This document shows positions 51,799 through 64,000 of a stretch of 64,000 nucleotides of DNA, in pieces. Under the pieces are notes generated by a model. It was not told where the DNA came from, did not search any database, and saw only the letters and a program-made list of their open reading frames with translations. Origin of the DNA: Paragordius varius (taxonomy: Eukaryota; Animalia; Nematomorpha); assembly GCA_964247055.1 (NCBI GenBank), contig OZ176055.1, positions 2,666,001 to 2,730,000 of the forward strand, read 5' to 3'. Both the position numbers and the translations under genes were made by a program. Within the stretch, counting starts at the first letter, position 1; every line of letters starts with the position of its first letter.

Positions 51799-54700
51799 TT
51801 AAAACATTTTTGAAGAAGCAATTTTCAATGCACCATTCATATTGTTATTGTTTCCATATGTGTTATTTGGATTTTGCATATAATTATTGTAAAAAAATCC
51901 ATTTTTTGAAACTTGTGGTGTTAAACCATTTTCACTAACTATTTTAGTGGAAAATTTCATCATATTAATCAATAGATCTGAGTTACTATTGGCCATTCCA
52001 GAAATGGGTATGTTATTATTATAATCTATTATATTACTGCCATTATAGTTTTGCAGAGTTGAATGTTGAGATTTCGTCAACAATGTTGCGAAGTTATTGT
52101 AACAGTCAGATGGTAATACAGAGGACAAATTGGTTGTATTGTAAAAATTAGTGGCAGAAGTGTTAAGCCTTTGAACAAAGTTATTCCTTAAAACATCACA
52201 TTGTGGTACACCGCTTGTTTCATTTAATGTTGTGGACAAAGTTGAATTAGAAAAATTAGTGACAGCAGTCGTAGAACTAATATTCATTTTCCCTAAAGCG
52301 ATTGCCAAGTGTAAAGATGACCAAAGCACGCTACGTACAGCTTTTGTGGCACGACCAAGTTCCTTAATCGCCATAGAAAGGGCCAATATATCTGTGGTAA
52401 TAATGTCAAATTTTTTTATAAATATTAAGATATTTCGAATTCTTAATTTATTTAACAGATTGTTTTAAGTATTATATGAATTATTAATAAAAATACGGCA
52501 CTTATCACATGAACAACCACTTTTAAGTGTGTATCATGGCAAAAAAAAAATAATATTAGTAACAGAGTTAAAATATCAAGAAACTTTTCAAAATAGAATT
52601 ATTTACTTTTATATTAATATATGTATTATATTCTTTTGTAAATTTACCTTTATCATCTTGAAACTTTTTGGGAGGTGAGGGTTGAGAATATGACATGATA
52701 GCTGAACTGCCAACACCACCATTATTAATTCCAGTTTGCATTTTTGCGCCTAAAACATTGGATGCTTGTTGAATTTCTTCCTTTCGTTTGATTTGGACGG
52801 CTTTAATGGCCATGAACCATGCCTCTAGTTTGCGGATTATATTGTGAGCCATGACAGGGACTGATGAAACACCGGGCAGGGAGGATTGCATTTTATTTAA
52901 CAGGGTTAAAATCTAATTAAAAATATTTTAAGGTTTTATTCAGAAACATTCAATAAAAAATAATGTTAAAATTACACAACTCTTAAATTAAATTCAAGTA
53001 TAATGTTGTTCATTTCTAGTGGAAATTAACTGTTTAGTTTAAAAACTAAAAAAAAGGTTAAAGTTTTATTATTCTATAACAACACTCTTAAATTTAAAAA
53101 TCCAAAAAAAAGTAAACGTCACTTTACAATTCTTCATATTAAAATAGTACCTTTGCGTGTTCCTTAATATGATCCACAATCATGCGGTCAATCCGTGAAG
53201 GGTTTGAGCCTAAACCAGGAACTGGAATAGAATTATTACTAGTTATGTTCCGGCCCGGGAATGTCCGAGCCAGTTCAGCCTCACATTTCTTGCGTTCTTT
53301 CTCAAGGCATTTAAACTGGGAAAAACATTCCTCCAAAAAATATTGGAGAAATAATCCAGGATAGGTTCGTTTTGTACTTGTACGATAAATTGAAGAAAAA
53401 GTAGATGGGACGACACAATTTATTCCCATATTAACATTACCGTTTGCGAGAATCATGGTATTATTATAATTATTTTTTGGTTTAATTAATTTATTATTAT
53501 TATTATTGAACCCATAATTATTGTATACATTGTTGTTGATAATGGATGAGTCATGGTTGTTAAAGGGACGTCGGCTGGCATTAAAGTTAGTCAATGGTTT
53601 AGCATAAAATCCAGCAATGTTTTGGGTCACTAGCGGTATGTTATTTCCAGTGTTTTGCAAATTTTTAAGAGGATTGTATCCAAGAATGGCCTTGCTCTTA
53701 TTAATTAAATTCGTATTATTATTAGTTTTAATAATATCCTTTGTGTTTTTATTAAAAATTTGGGTAAGGTTTTTATTCATCATTTCAGATACCATATTTT
53801 GCAATCGTATTTTTTGTTGTGAATTCAAAATATTCAAAATTAAATTAAATCTTTCATCACCAGTTACTAATTGATTACAATTTCCATTATTTATTTGTTG
53901 ATGGAGAGTTTGTAAAATTGTTGCATCTTTATTTAAAACTTCAGAAATAATTCCAAAAACCTTGTTATCAATTGCATTATGAATCTGGTTACTATTTTTT
54001 TGAGTATAATTTTCAATAGAACTATTAGAAGAACATACAAAGGGTTTTGTTGGTGAAACGATTTCTGATGTAGATATGGGATCATTAACTGTCGGTGACC
54101 ATATATTTTTAAAAAAGGAAGAGCCAAATCTATTATAAAATTAAAATATAAAATTATATTAAAATATTATTAATAATAATATCTAATTAAATAATTGTTG
54201 AAACAAACACTAACCCAGAATCCGTTAAAATCGATGAGTTAAAACAATTTTTATAGCCCATGATAGAATTCTCATCAGTTGATGAATTCAAAGAATGATA
54301 ACCATTATCTTTAGGACTTTTATGTAAATAGCCAGCGGTACCATCCAACATTTTTACCGTATTTTTAGTTGAGGAATAATTTGTGCTCCCATCATCTACA
54401 ATCTTGGATACCATATCTAGAATAGAGGATTCTTGGCCATTGTATTGTTGGCTTGCAGAAGAAAGAGGAAAACTCTGGTTTTCTTCCATTTTATTCATCT
54501 TATCCATATAAATACCATTATTCACATTATTAACTGTTGAAATATGATTGGGAAACATGTCGGTATTATCGTCTGCTACTGGGGCAAAACTAATCGTCTG
54601 ACCATTATTATCCATATATGATGTTATCGTATAATTATTGCTCAATAATTTATTTATCCCTTCCGAATTGAAATCTTTAAAATTCTCAAATTTTGATACA

Positions 54701-54915
54701 AATTCTGTAACATCATGAAATTTATCGGAATCGATTGGATTAGTGGCATTAGAATATTTTTCATTCATGTTAAATAGATAATCGAATTCAGCGGTGTTTG
54801 TAGGTAAAAATATATTATTATAATTCTTATTGACACTAGTGTTTAATAAAACACTGTTAAATATATTATTGCTATCATTATCATTCATATGACTTGATAT
54901 CATGATTTTGGTCAT
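51799..54915 (-). CDS. MEIOC: MEIOC-domain (meiosis-specific coiled-coil) protein, 4 exons, about 845 aa, Asn-rich flanks
   Basis: Exons 54915-54215, 54129-53151, 52912-52648, 52391-51799; phases close. Conserved block LEECFSQFKCLEKERKKCEAELARTFPGRNITSNNSIPVPGL.SNPSRIDRMIVDHIKEHAK|ILTLLNKM...DILALSMAIKELGRATKAVRSVLWSSL matches the MEIOC C-terminal domain. The start codon is inferred (in-frame stop at 54942-54940). Confidence 0.85.
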
Positions 54916-57207
54916 AATGGCAAACACGCGTAATATATTTCAATTCTCTGTAAATTTAATAAGATAAAATATATAAATAAATTATAAAAGGCATATGGGA
55001 TTTCCCAATAACTTACATTAAAGTTCGTTAAAAACGGTTTTAGTCCTGTCAAATATTACATTAATGGAAAAAGGGGAATAGAGAAATTTTAACAATATAA
55101 ATAAGTAATACGACTGTAACTAATATTATCTTTGCATACAAGATCAAGGTCAATTTTTGTTCAATTAATGATAAATATTTGAAATTAAAAAAAGCTAAAT
55201 ATTAAAAAATACTTTTTATATTAAATTCCCAAGAATCGTAAAAATCGGAATGATAAATTTACAAAATAATTTTCCGAATTCATATTATCCAATAATATTT
55301 TTATGAATGAAAATAAAACGTGGGATATGTTTATAATATCTTTTATTTATTATTATTTACTTCAAATAAATGGTAGACACTATGTGCGTCATAGCGTAAG
55401 TGTTTATATATTATTATATGTATGCGCATTTAGCGGAAAAATGATGTCGTCATCCAAAAATAAGAGAAAAACAATGACTAGTCATTTTTTAGCCAATAAA
55501 TATTAACATGTAACTCTTTTAAATCAATGGTAAAATTTTGAATGGTGTCCAAATTTAAAATTATATTTACATAAATGATAAATTTTATGAAAAATCGGAA
55601 CAAACAAAGATTGTATTATATTATTTACACAGGAGGCGGCCAGGCTAACAATATAAACGTTTATAGCGAAAAACGGAAATAGATAAGTAACTATAAATAA
55701 ATATATTTAAAGGCCCGTTATTGTATAATAATAAGTATTAAATATAAGGAGGACAATTTTAGAATAAAAATGGTTCCAATTATGTAAATTTTATGTTAAG
55801 TGTGTATTAATATTAATTGCAACTTTTTTATTGTTCCTTATTTTATTAATTAATTTTTATACATATTTTTACTTGGAAAGAAGAAGAAAGTTGACATTAG
55901 ATGTGACCCAAATATATACTTGAGTTCTTCTCAATGTTACACATTTATTAATAACAGAAAAGAAGGTAAAAAAAGGCATGAAAAGTTCAAACTGTTTCAT
56001 TAAACTAACAATAATGTGTATAAAAGATGTAGCAAAATAAAGGTAAAATGCATTTTTAAATATGAAGAAGAGCATATATATATATATATATATATAAATA
56101 CTGAATGTGAAAGGTTTAAAATATGTTTTTTTTCATATACTTAAGAGTAATATTTTGTTTAAGTACAAATAATTATGCAATATGTGATAATTTTTTAAAT
56201 TTAAATAAAAAATTCAATGTGATATACATGTGATTGAAAGCTTAAGGGTTATTTTATAATTACTCTTTTTATCAGAATATTAATCATCCTTTTAACATAA
56301 AACGCATGGCGGCATATATCATGAATCATCATATTTTCTGCGAAAATTTGAGTTATTTAGCCTTATTATTCCGTCTTTTGGAAATTTAATTTGATATAAA
56401 AATTGCAGATCTAGCATTGTGGCAGTAATATTTAAAATTAATTTTGATGTTACTTACTAAGCAAATATATTAGATAAGGCTTACCTCTCATTAAATTAAT
56501 ATGTTTAAATATTTTTGGAATTTTGCATAAATTTGGGACAGTTACTATTAATAATATTAATTTTGAATGATATAATCAATTAATCTCAATATATAACCTT
56601 TTTATTTATTGATTATCAAAATAAACAATCGACAGCTTCTTGGTAATCATTTAAAAATACAACTTCCTTTTTAGCGACCAAAACCATGAAATGGCCGTTA
56701 GTGAGGTATTAATGGAAAAACCTAAGAATAGAACTGAATTTTTTTGAAACCATTCCATGTAAATAATATAATTTTTTTAAAAAATTTAAATGAGATGTGT
56801 TATTGCGCTCGCTGTATAGTTCAAATATTGACCTTTTCATAAAACATCCCAATCGCTGCAAAATAAAATATACTTATGTGCGAAAAAACTAATTTTAATT
56901 CTCGAAAGATGGGAATCACCAAAAAAATAAATTTCGAAATAATTTTGAAAAAATGGCGCCGATATAGTAGGATATACAATTTATTAACAAATCTAAAAAT
57001 ATATTATTTGGGTTTTAAATTGTTACAGTATGATAGGAGTGAATTTAATTCTGCCTCTAATTAATAATAGCTTAAATTTACTGGAGAACCTATTACCCCA
57101 AAATTAAATCGGAATTTTAAAAGAAATATTTTTCATTAAATTTGAGATGATTCTCACAATCAACCAACTAATTATAAGAGTCATGAATATGGGTTTTTTT
57201 AATAATA

Positions 57208-57482
57208 CCATTTACACTTTAAATTCACCCTTATTCAAAATCACCCTCGAACAATACAAATTCACCCTAAAATAAATTATATCTTTTTTAAGATTAAATA
57301 ATACCAATTTTTTTATATTTTTCAAAAATGAATTTAGTTTGAAATTAAAATAATACTGAAAAATAAAAAACTAAACTATAAAGATATATGTTTCAAATAT
57401 TTTTATAAATATATATAGTAATGAGTTCTATTAGCTTGATAACACATAATTTATTTTTAGGGTGAATACGAATTGTAAATGG
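57208..57482. mobile_element. CCATTTAC-family MITE (intergenic)
   Basis: TA|CCATTTACAC...AAATTCACCC ... GGGTGAATACGAATTGTAAATGG|TA. Confidence 0.85.
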
Positions 57483-60400
57483 TAAAACATTGTTTTTTTA
57501 AAATTTAATTATATTACGCATTGTAGTAGTTTTAATAAAATTTATAAATTCTTTTACCAAGTCTAGCAGACTTCAAAATTATTAAATAGGCTGTAACAAA
57601 ATTTGCATAAATTAAAACCATAGAGCATTCATGATCTCATAACTTCTTTTTAATTTTAAGACATCATTCAGTTTGATGAATCTCACAAGAGTTACTTTCG
57701 GAGCTCAGACATTATTATTATTAAAGTGGTATACAAAAATCGTTTACTTACTCAATAGGTGACAAGTAAGCCAAAAATTAAAACATCAAATTCTGGTACC
57801 TGTTAAACCAGAAAATATATTTTTTATCAGGATTCGATTGAACTTGATATAATTGAAAATTTAATATAACATAGAAGTATTGAAAGATTAACCAAGGTAT
57901 ACCCCAAATTATAATTAAAATTTGTAATAAAGTCTCAGGGTTATCTTAGTAATCATAATCACACATTTAACTATCTAAATTTATTTTACAAGTAACTAAT
58001 TCACCAATAATTTCTTAAATTGTAGCTCACCAATTATCAATCATATCGAATTCAATAGACATTTATACAAAATTTTTATTCCATATATTTTCAAACATGT
58101 CAGGATATCACGGTTTTTTTGGTTTTAGCATACGAGTATAAATAAGTAATTTCCATATGTGTGGTAATTGCACCATATCAAAAAATGTTTTTGACGTGTA
58201 TTGTATCAAATAAATTTTTTGACTGAAGCTAAATGATTCATACTAAAAAAAATAATCATTCAACTTATTTAAAAAGCAAAGCAATATTTTATTAATTTTC
58301 TAATTTTTATATGTAATCTGTGAAAATTTCAAATTATTGGCCCCACTAAAATGGGCCAGCTTTCACAAGACTTCATTGCCTTTTGGATTAATTTTGTACC
58401 TCAGAGCGATTTAAAATAGGACTACTAAAATATTTAAGCTATTGGGGTAAATTTTAAAATATGCGTTAGCATTTTAGGCGCATAATTTAAGATATATACA
58501 AAAACGTTAAATTGTTAAAAAACCTCATCTTAAATTTTAATAATAAAACCGGTAATTCTATGGTTATTAGGCAGCAAAATTTAATTTTCTTGTTTCAATC
58601 GTTTATTGGCCTCATAATTTAACTCAGGAGTGTGGAACACGAGCCTTACAAAATATTTTTGCAGCCCGCAAGAAATTTCAAATGCAAATTTTACAAAATC
58701 TGAGTAAAATTAATTTTCTTAAACAAATTTTCGGAATATTCCAAATTTAGGCAATAAATTAGAGAAATTTTTTTAAACGAATAGTAGGTACAGTCTTATT
58801 TTGAAATATAATAATATATTTAATGAATTCCATGTATTTTGATGCGGTGTGTTAGTTTCTCCGATTGTATATGCGGCCCGAGAAGCCATTTGCGTTGGGA
58901 ACCCCTTTAGCACTAATAAACCTAAAATGCCGATTGCGCGATGATAATTATTAATCTCTGCGAATGACATCAATATAATTTATTATTTATATTTATATTT
59001 CGCTTGAAATTTTAATTTTCAGTAGTATTTTATTGAAGTGTAGTTGATGGTAGGTGGACAAAGTACATGATACTGAACATTATATCATATAAATTATAAG
59101 GCAGTTTCTCTTCAATTTAAAGATATTTTACTATAATGATATACACGTTCAGCATCTCTAGAAAAAATAATTGTCTACTCTTTCCATAATGCTTCGAAAT
59201 ACCTTAAATCCCACTTCTCCAAAATTTCTATAATTAATTTTAAAGCAAAATTTCCATTTTTTCGGGAAAAATTTTTTTATGTTAGCATATATTCATTTTT
59301 TGGGTCTAGTTTAACACTTCATTATATTTTTACTTTTTTTCCTGGCTTACCTTTTGAGGTAGTTTTCTATCCCAGAGCATTGTTCTCATGTTTTAGATAA
59401 AAAAACTTATATTTTTTAGAGTTTTATGACATCTAGAGAAAGTAGGGACAGCTCCAAAACACGATTGAAACTAAAAGCTGATAGCAAAATCAAAACATAT
59501 CAAGTTTTTGCTGATAAAATGTAGCCTGAAATCTTCATAAATTACGTTTTCTAACCATAATATACATTTGTTGCCCGTTGCATTAAATTACTATAAACAA
59601 AAATGGCGGCAAAAAAGTTTAGTATATTTTTTGCAATTTTACATTTATTTTTAATAATGCGCCTAAAAGGCTAAAGAAAGCATATTTTCGGCTTAATACC
59701 TTAACTACATTTTAAAATACTCATAGTTAAAATCTCTCTGGGATATAAAACTTAAAAGATAATGGAGTGTTAACAATTGTATACATATCAGTCCTTAGAT
59801 TCAAATTGGGGTAACTAGGTTCCCCATGCCTGCTTAATATCAAATATATTAAGAAATATATCATTAATTTAAACCGCTGCAAGTTTTCATTTAAGTTATA
59901 TTGATGCCGGATATGACAAAATATTTCTTCAAAAAACTTAAATATATTTATTTAATGAAACATAAGGTAAATTTAGCCACATAGTGCATTAATATAATAA
60001 AAATGCAAAATAATCCCTTTTTTCTGTTAATAATAATTGATGTGATTTTAATATAAATTTAACATTAATTATAGCGTTAGAATAACACGATTTTTGCAAA
60101 AATGTTATATTAAAATGGCGTAAGAGTAGTTTAATAAACTAAATATGATTAAAATATTTTGCTTATTTATATAATTTTTATTAGATGGAAGCATAAATAT
60201 ATAAATTCCGGTCGATTTTGATAGTTTTTATAATATTTATTTAACGGTCTTATATAAAATTAAATCTAAGTGTTACCAAAACTTACCCATTCTAGATGAG
60301 TCAAAAATTAACATAAAAATAATTTTTTGTTAGTCATTTATGATATATTTTTAATGATATTTTTTCGCACATAGCTTTTCAAAGAATTTTTATTTAGCCA

Positions 60401-61409
60401 ATTGTACGCAAATTTTCATTTTCATATATGGAGCAGTTACCACAAAATAGTAATATTCTTAACCACTCGTAAAGCCCAAAACCATAAAATTTATAATCAT
60501 ATATTGGACAATACTTCATCAACTTATTTTTTATACCCCCCGATTTTGGCGCACTCTAATTTAGCCTATAAAATATAGATTATTATGTTTTTGTGTTTAT
60601 TATAAAAAATTACGAACACTATCCAAAAATTTAAATTTAATAAAATAGCTTTGGTAGCTTTAGAATATAAAAAACTGATAACATTTTCACCAAAAAATTT
60701 ATAAGGACATGTGCTAATTTTGCAATTTTTATACCTTTTTAAGGATATTTCTTTATGCCCCCCTTTCCCCGATATAATAAATCATACATTAAATTTATTG
60801 TAGTTTCATTTAAACATGTGTAAATTTTAAATTCAGTGCGGAGCTATTTAATTTTCCAGTATTTAAGGTATTTTTGTTGGTTATAAAATATTGATATTGT
60901 TTTTCTAATAGATATAACCTCTGTAACAAATAATGGAATCTACTGTTATTATCAATTCTTTGATTTAAGATAATATGGAGTATACTAAACATGTATGATG
61001 CACTTAATTTGAATCTTAATTATTCTAAGATTTTATTTTGAAATCATATTAGTTTATTTGTACAGGACAAAAATAATTCTGAGTTTAAAATAATTTGTAT
61101 AGATGTATCCATAATTTTTTTATTAGTTGTGATTAAATTGCGGTCTTTCATTAACTGTAAGATTTTAACTTATATTTATGATATTTACTGTTATTAACAT
61201 TCATTAATTCTGTTATTTTTTAACCACACCTTTGGATCACGCCTTATCATAACTATACAAACTTTAAATTATAATTATAAATAAAAACTATCAGCTTAAA
61301 ACACCAATGTCTCATTTTTATTTCTCCACATTTCTCATATGATGGGGCACAACCTTAACTCAGGTGGTTTATTGATCCCTTAAATTGTTTATAAAAGAGG
61401 CACTTTTAG

Positions 61410-63899
61410 CAGTGGCGAAACTATTAATTGTCCCCCCCCCCCCCCCCTGCAAGATATACTGCCCTCTCCCTCATTCTTTTAAAAATCTAGATACTATATA
61501 TTTTGTTTAGTTAGGCTTTGAGTTTTGAGTAAAATCATAATTATTTTGTTTGCAATTATCTTTTCACTTGGCGCATTATTTAAATTCGGAAAGAAAATTT
61601 TGTTTATAAAAATGATAATACTTGCATGACTCAAAAGTTATCCCTTTTTGGTATCATTAAATATTATGGTTTTTACCCACTCCAACCACCGCGAATCCTT
61701 TAATTTTAAAACGTTCATTTTTAAAATTCAAAAATAATTATGTGACTTATTAAGAGCATGATAAGTGAAAAAAGATTAAGCAATTTATCGTTGTATGAGG
61801 CGCAATTGGCGGATAAATAGATGAAAAAATATAATCAAGAAAATTAGGTTTTAAAATATGATTTTTGATTGAAACATTAGATGTTTGTTAAGAGTTTCAG
61901 TATATTATTCAGACAATCATGTTTTAAAATTTGGTTTTCTCCATTTTGCGTGAGCAAATTTTCTAATTTTATCATTTTTATCCCATTCGACATCTCTGCT
62001 TCACTTGCTATGCTTATTTTTTCAGCCATCGTGCTTCTAATATAATTTTTATTTTTAATATACCTTCCGCAGTAGCAACCGTAACTGGTAAAAACAAATA
62101 TAATGCTGTTGTAACTTTATCATAACTGACTGTCGGGTACTTGGTAATTGATAGCTCTGCAAATTGCTTAGAATTGTTAATTTGAGCGATCTCATCCTTA
62201 AGCGAATAAGAAATCGACACCATTTGAATCAGAAAATATTCACCTAAATCGTTTGGATAATAAATTAATTTTTTAGCTGAATCTATAATTCTACTTCATT
62301 CATTTTAGATAAATTTGATGGTAGTAGAAACGTACACATATCCCCTTTTTGAAAAACGCTAAATCTGTTATTTAATTGAAATATCACAATAACCAAAAAT
62401 ATAAAAAACATTCACCCCAAACTTATCATCTAAATTAGAACTTTTTAATAATTTTACGACTGTTTTGTTGTTGCTATTGTCATTCCGATTAACTGCGACA
62501 TTGATATAGCTTTTAATTCGGCTAATGTTTGGTTTGTTTTTTTTGAGGATGTTATTCACCCAACGAGTTATTCTTCCTCTTTTACGAGCACTACTCACTT
62601 TTCCCACCATCAGTGACTTTTCAAGTGAAATATATATCATAATGTCGCCAAAATAGGATATTTTTGGCGTATTAGGCTGCCCAGTAGTGACATTTCAGGA
62701 TTTATTTTATTTAAAATAGTGGAGTTTGGAATTTGTCTGACCATGTAGTTTGGAAAAATTTCCTCTAAACCCATAATTCGAAAAGTTTTATTAATCGTTC
62801 GTCATATTTTTTCAGTGTCGAGCTTTCGCACCCATATACTGTTGCCTTGGTTTTTAGTTTGATATCATGCGACGACAAATCTTTATTTGAATGCAACTGC
62901 TTTTGCATGGCAATTTTTCGTTTTATTTCTAGAGTAAGTTGTTGTCCGTGTTTATAATACTGCCCAACGTGTAAATGTTTACGGTTTTAATCTGATTTCG
63001 TTTAAGGTTAATTTATATTACTTTTGTTTTTTAAAGTTAATTTTTAATCCGTATTTATCGCATTCAATTGTAAAGCGATAAAGTGATACTGTCCACAAAT
63101 ATAAGTGTGTAATCTGCGTAATGAACTGATGTGAGCAAGATACTTTCTACGTTGCTGTCAGAAATTTCTGGCATATTTCTTAGTATGCATTCGAGATAGG
63201 TGGTAAAAAGAATTGGGGATAAAACGCAGCCTTGGCGTAAGCCGGGGACCTTATATGAATCACTTATACCGAAGGTGTTGCTACTACAGGCGTGGAATTA
63301 AGTAAATTGGATTATGACGCTGATTAGATGGGTTTATACTCCAAGTGATTTTAGGGATATTTGTTATTTAATGTTGTGGAATCAAATGCATTGGAAATGG
63401 TGACAAAGCAGATGTACAATTTTTTGTTTAATTATATATGTTTCTTCAGTATCCACCACATGTTGCGGTATCAACTAATTATTCTAAATTATTTATTTTT
63501 ACTCTATTTGCTCCTTTTTTAAAAAATGTCAATTGGAGAAAATTTAATGGAATGGATTAATTATTTACTTTTAAATAAAACCGATTATAGAAACAGTGTA
63601 AAAATGCCTTTTTTCGCCTTTTCTTTCTTTTGATCTGTAATAATTCTCTATTCTTTATCAGTACTTTACAATCAGGCTATCTTACTTATTGTTACCTATT
63701 CAAATTTATTCTATCTCTATGATCTAACTTAACTTAACACTTACATATACCGTAAATAAAAGGGTTAATAAATTTTGGGCACCACTTCCCGCATATAAAG
63801 GGGGCCTAAAATTTAAAATTCAATAAAAGAAATAAAAAAGGGCCCCTGTTTTTGGGGCCTTCCTCACTGCTCCCCAAGGTCCCAGCAATTTCGCCACTG
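61410..63899 (-). mobile_element. Decayed hAT element (ZMYM1-like transposase remnant), CAGTGGCGAAA TIRs, 8-bp TSD
   Basis: ACTTTTAG|CAGTGGCGAAA ... TTTCGCCACTG|ACTTCTAG (TSD with 1 mismatch). Minus strand about 61950-62200 reads ALYLFLPVTVATAE...KIKNYIRSTM (hAT dimerisation domain). Confidence 0.85.
62470..63430 (-). mobile_element. 5'-truncated, decayed RTE-clade non-LTR retrotransposon nested inside the hAT element
   Basis: Minus-strand fragments LYICFV..NAFD, GLRQGCVLSPILF, HYAD (YADD-like), KYGLKINFKKTK, LGSII, EIKRKIA, YGCES.TL, FELW and MVGKV..RKRGR.TRW, in the order of RTE reverse transcriptase and C-terminal motifs. Multiple stops and frameshifts. Confidence 0.85.
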
Positions 63900-64000
63900 A
63901 CTTCTAGGTTTATTTTATAATAGAAATGTATATCAAGTTTTTTAAAAAAATATTATTCCATTTATTAACTTAAACAAACCATTTTTGATTTGATTACATT

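Noticed and set aside
29950-53874. Plus-strand ORFs 29950-30132, 30535-30717, 31609-31866, 52232-52468, 53182-53364 and 53617-53874
   Set aside because: They are antisense shadows of real P450 and MEIOC exons.
56640-56760. Short minus-strand peptide MEWFQKNSVLFLGFSI… vaguely tetraspanin-like
   Set aside because: It has no acceptor, no flanking exons and no Cys motifs, so the resemblance is likely chance.
1-64000. Ciliate or other alternative-code origin suggested by the tiny introns
   Set aside because: TAA terminates the reconstructed genes and no in-frame TAA/TAG read-through is needed. 7B2 and MEIOC are animal-type genes.
1-64000. tRNA, rRNA, snRNA or SL RNA genes
   Set aside because: I recognised no cloverleaf, T-loop/A-B box or rRNA-like sequence by eye. 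A covariance-model scan would be needed to exclude short RNAs.

Overview
This is very AT-rich eukaryotic (metazoan-type) genomic DNA using the standard genetic code, not a prokaryotic window. By manual splicing I reconstructed nine multi-exon genes, and every exon phase closes correctly: MIX23/CCDC58 (+), CARNMT1 (+), neuroendocrine 7B2/SCG5 (-), mitochondrial MDH2 (+), a CYP3-clan-like cytochrome P450 (-), histidyl-tRNA synthetase (+), uridine-cytidine kinase (-) head-to-head with NIT2 (+), and a MEIOC-domain meiosis gene (-). The most striking feature is the intron architecture. Nine of the 46 inferred introns are only 21-29 nt, all lie near gene 5' ends, most have GTT donors, and two are stop-free multiples of 3. 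They coexist with a 58-85 nt class and with kb-sized introns inflated by MITEs; none is 30-57 nt. Several conserved enzymes carry long Asn/Ser/Thr-rich in-frame insertions. Introns and intergenic DNA are dense in DNA transposons: CACT-ended MITEs with 3-bp TWA TSDs (including a 640-bp hairpin), CCATT-ended TA-flanked MITEs, CAGT/TA MITEs parked behind gene 3' ends, three decayed hAT elements, and an RTE LINE fragment nested in one hAT. I recognised no tRNA, rRNA or CRISPR. Gene identities rest on recalled family motifs rather than database searches, the intron calls lack transcript evidence, and the host species cannot be determined from this window.
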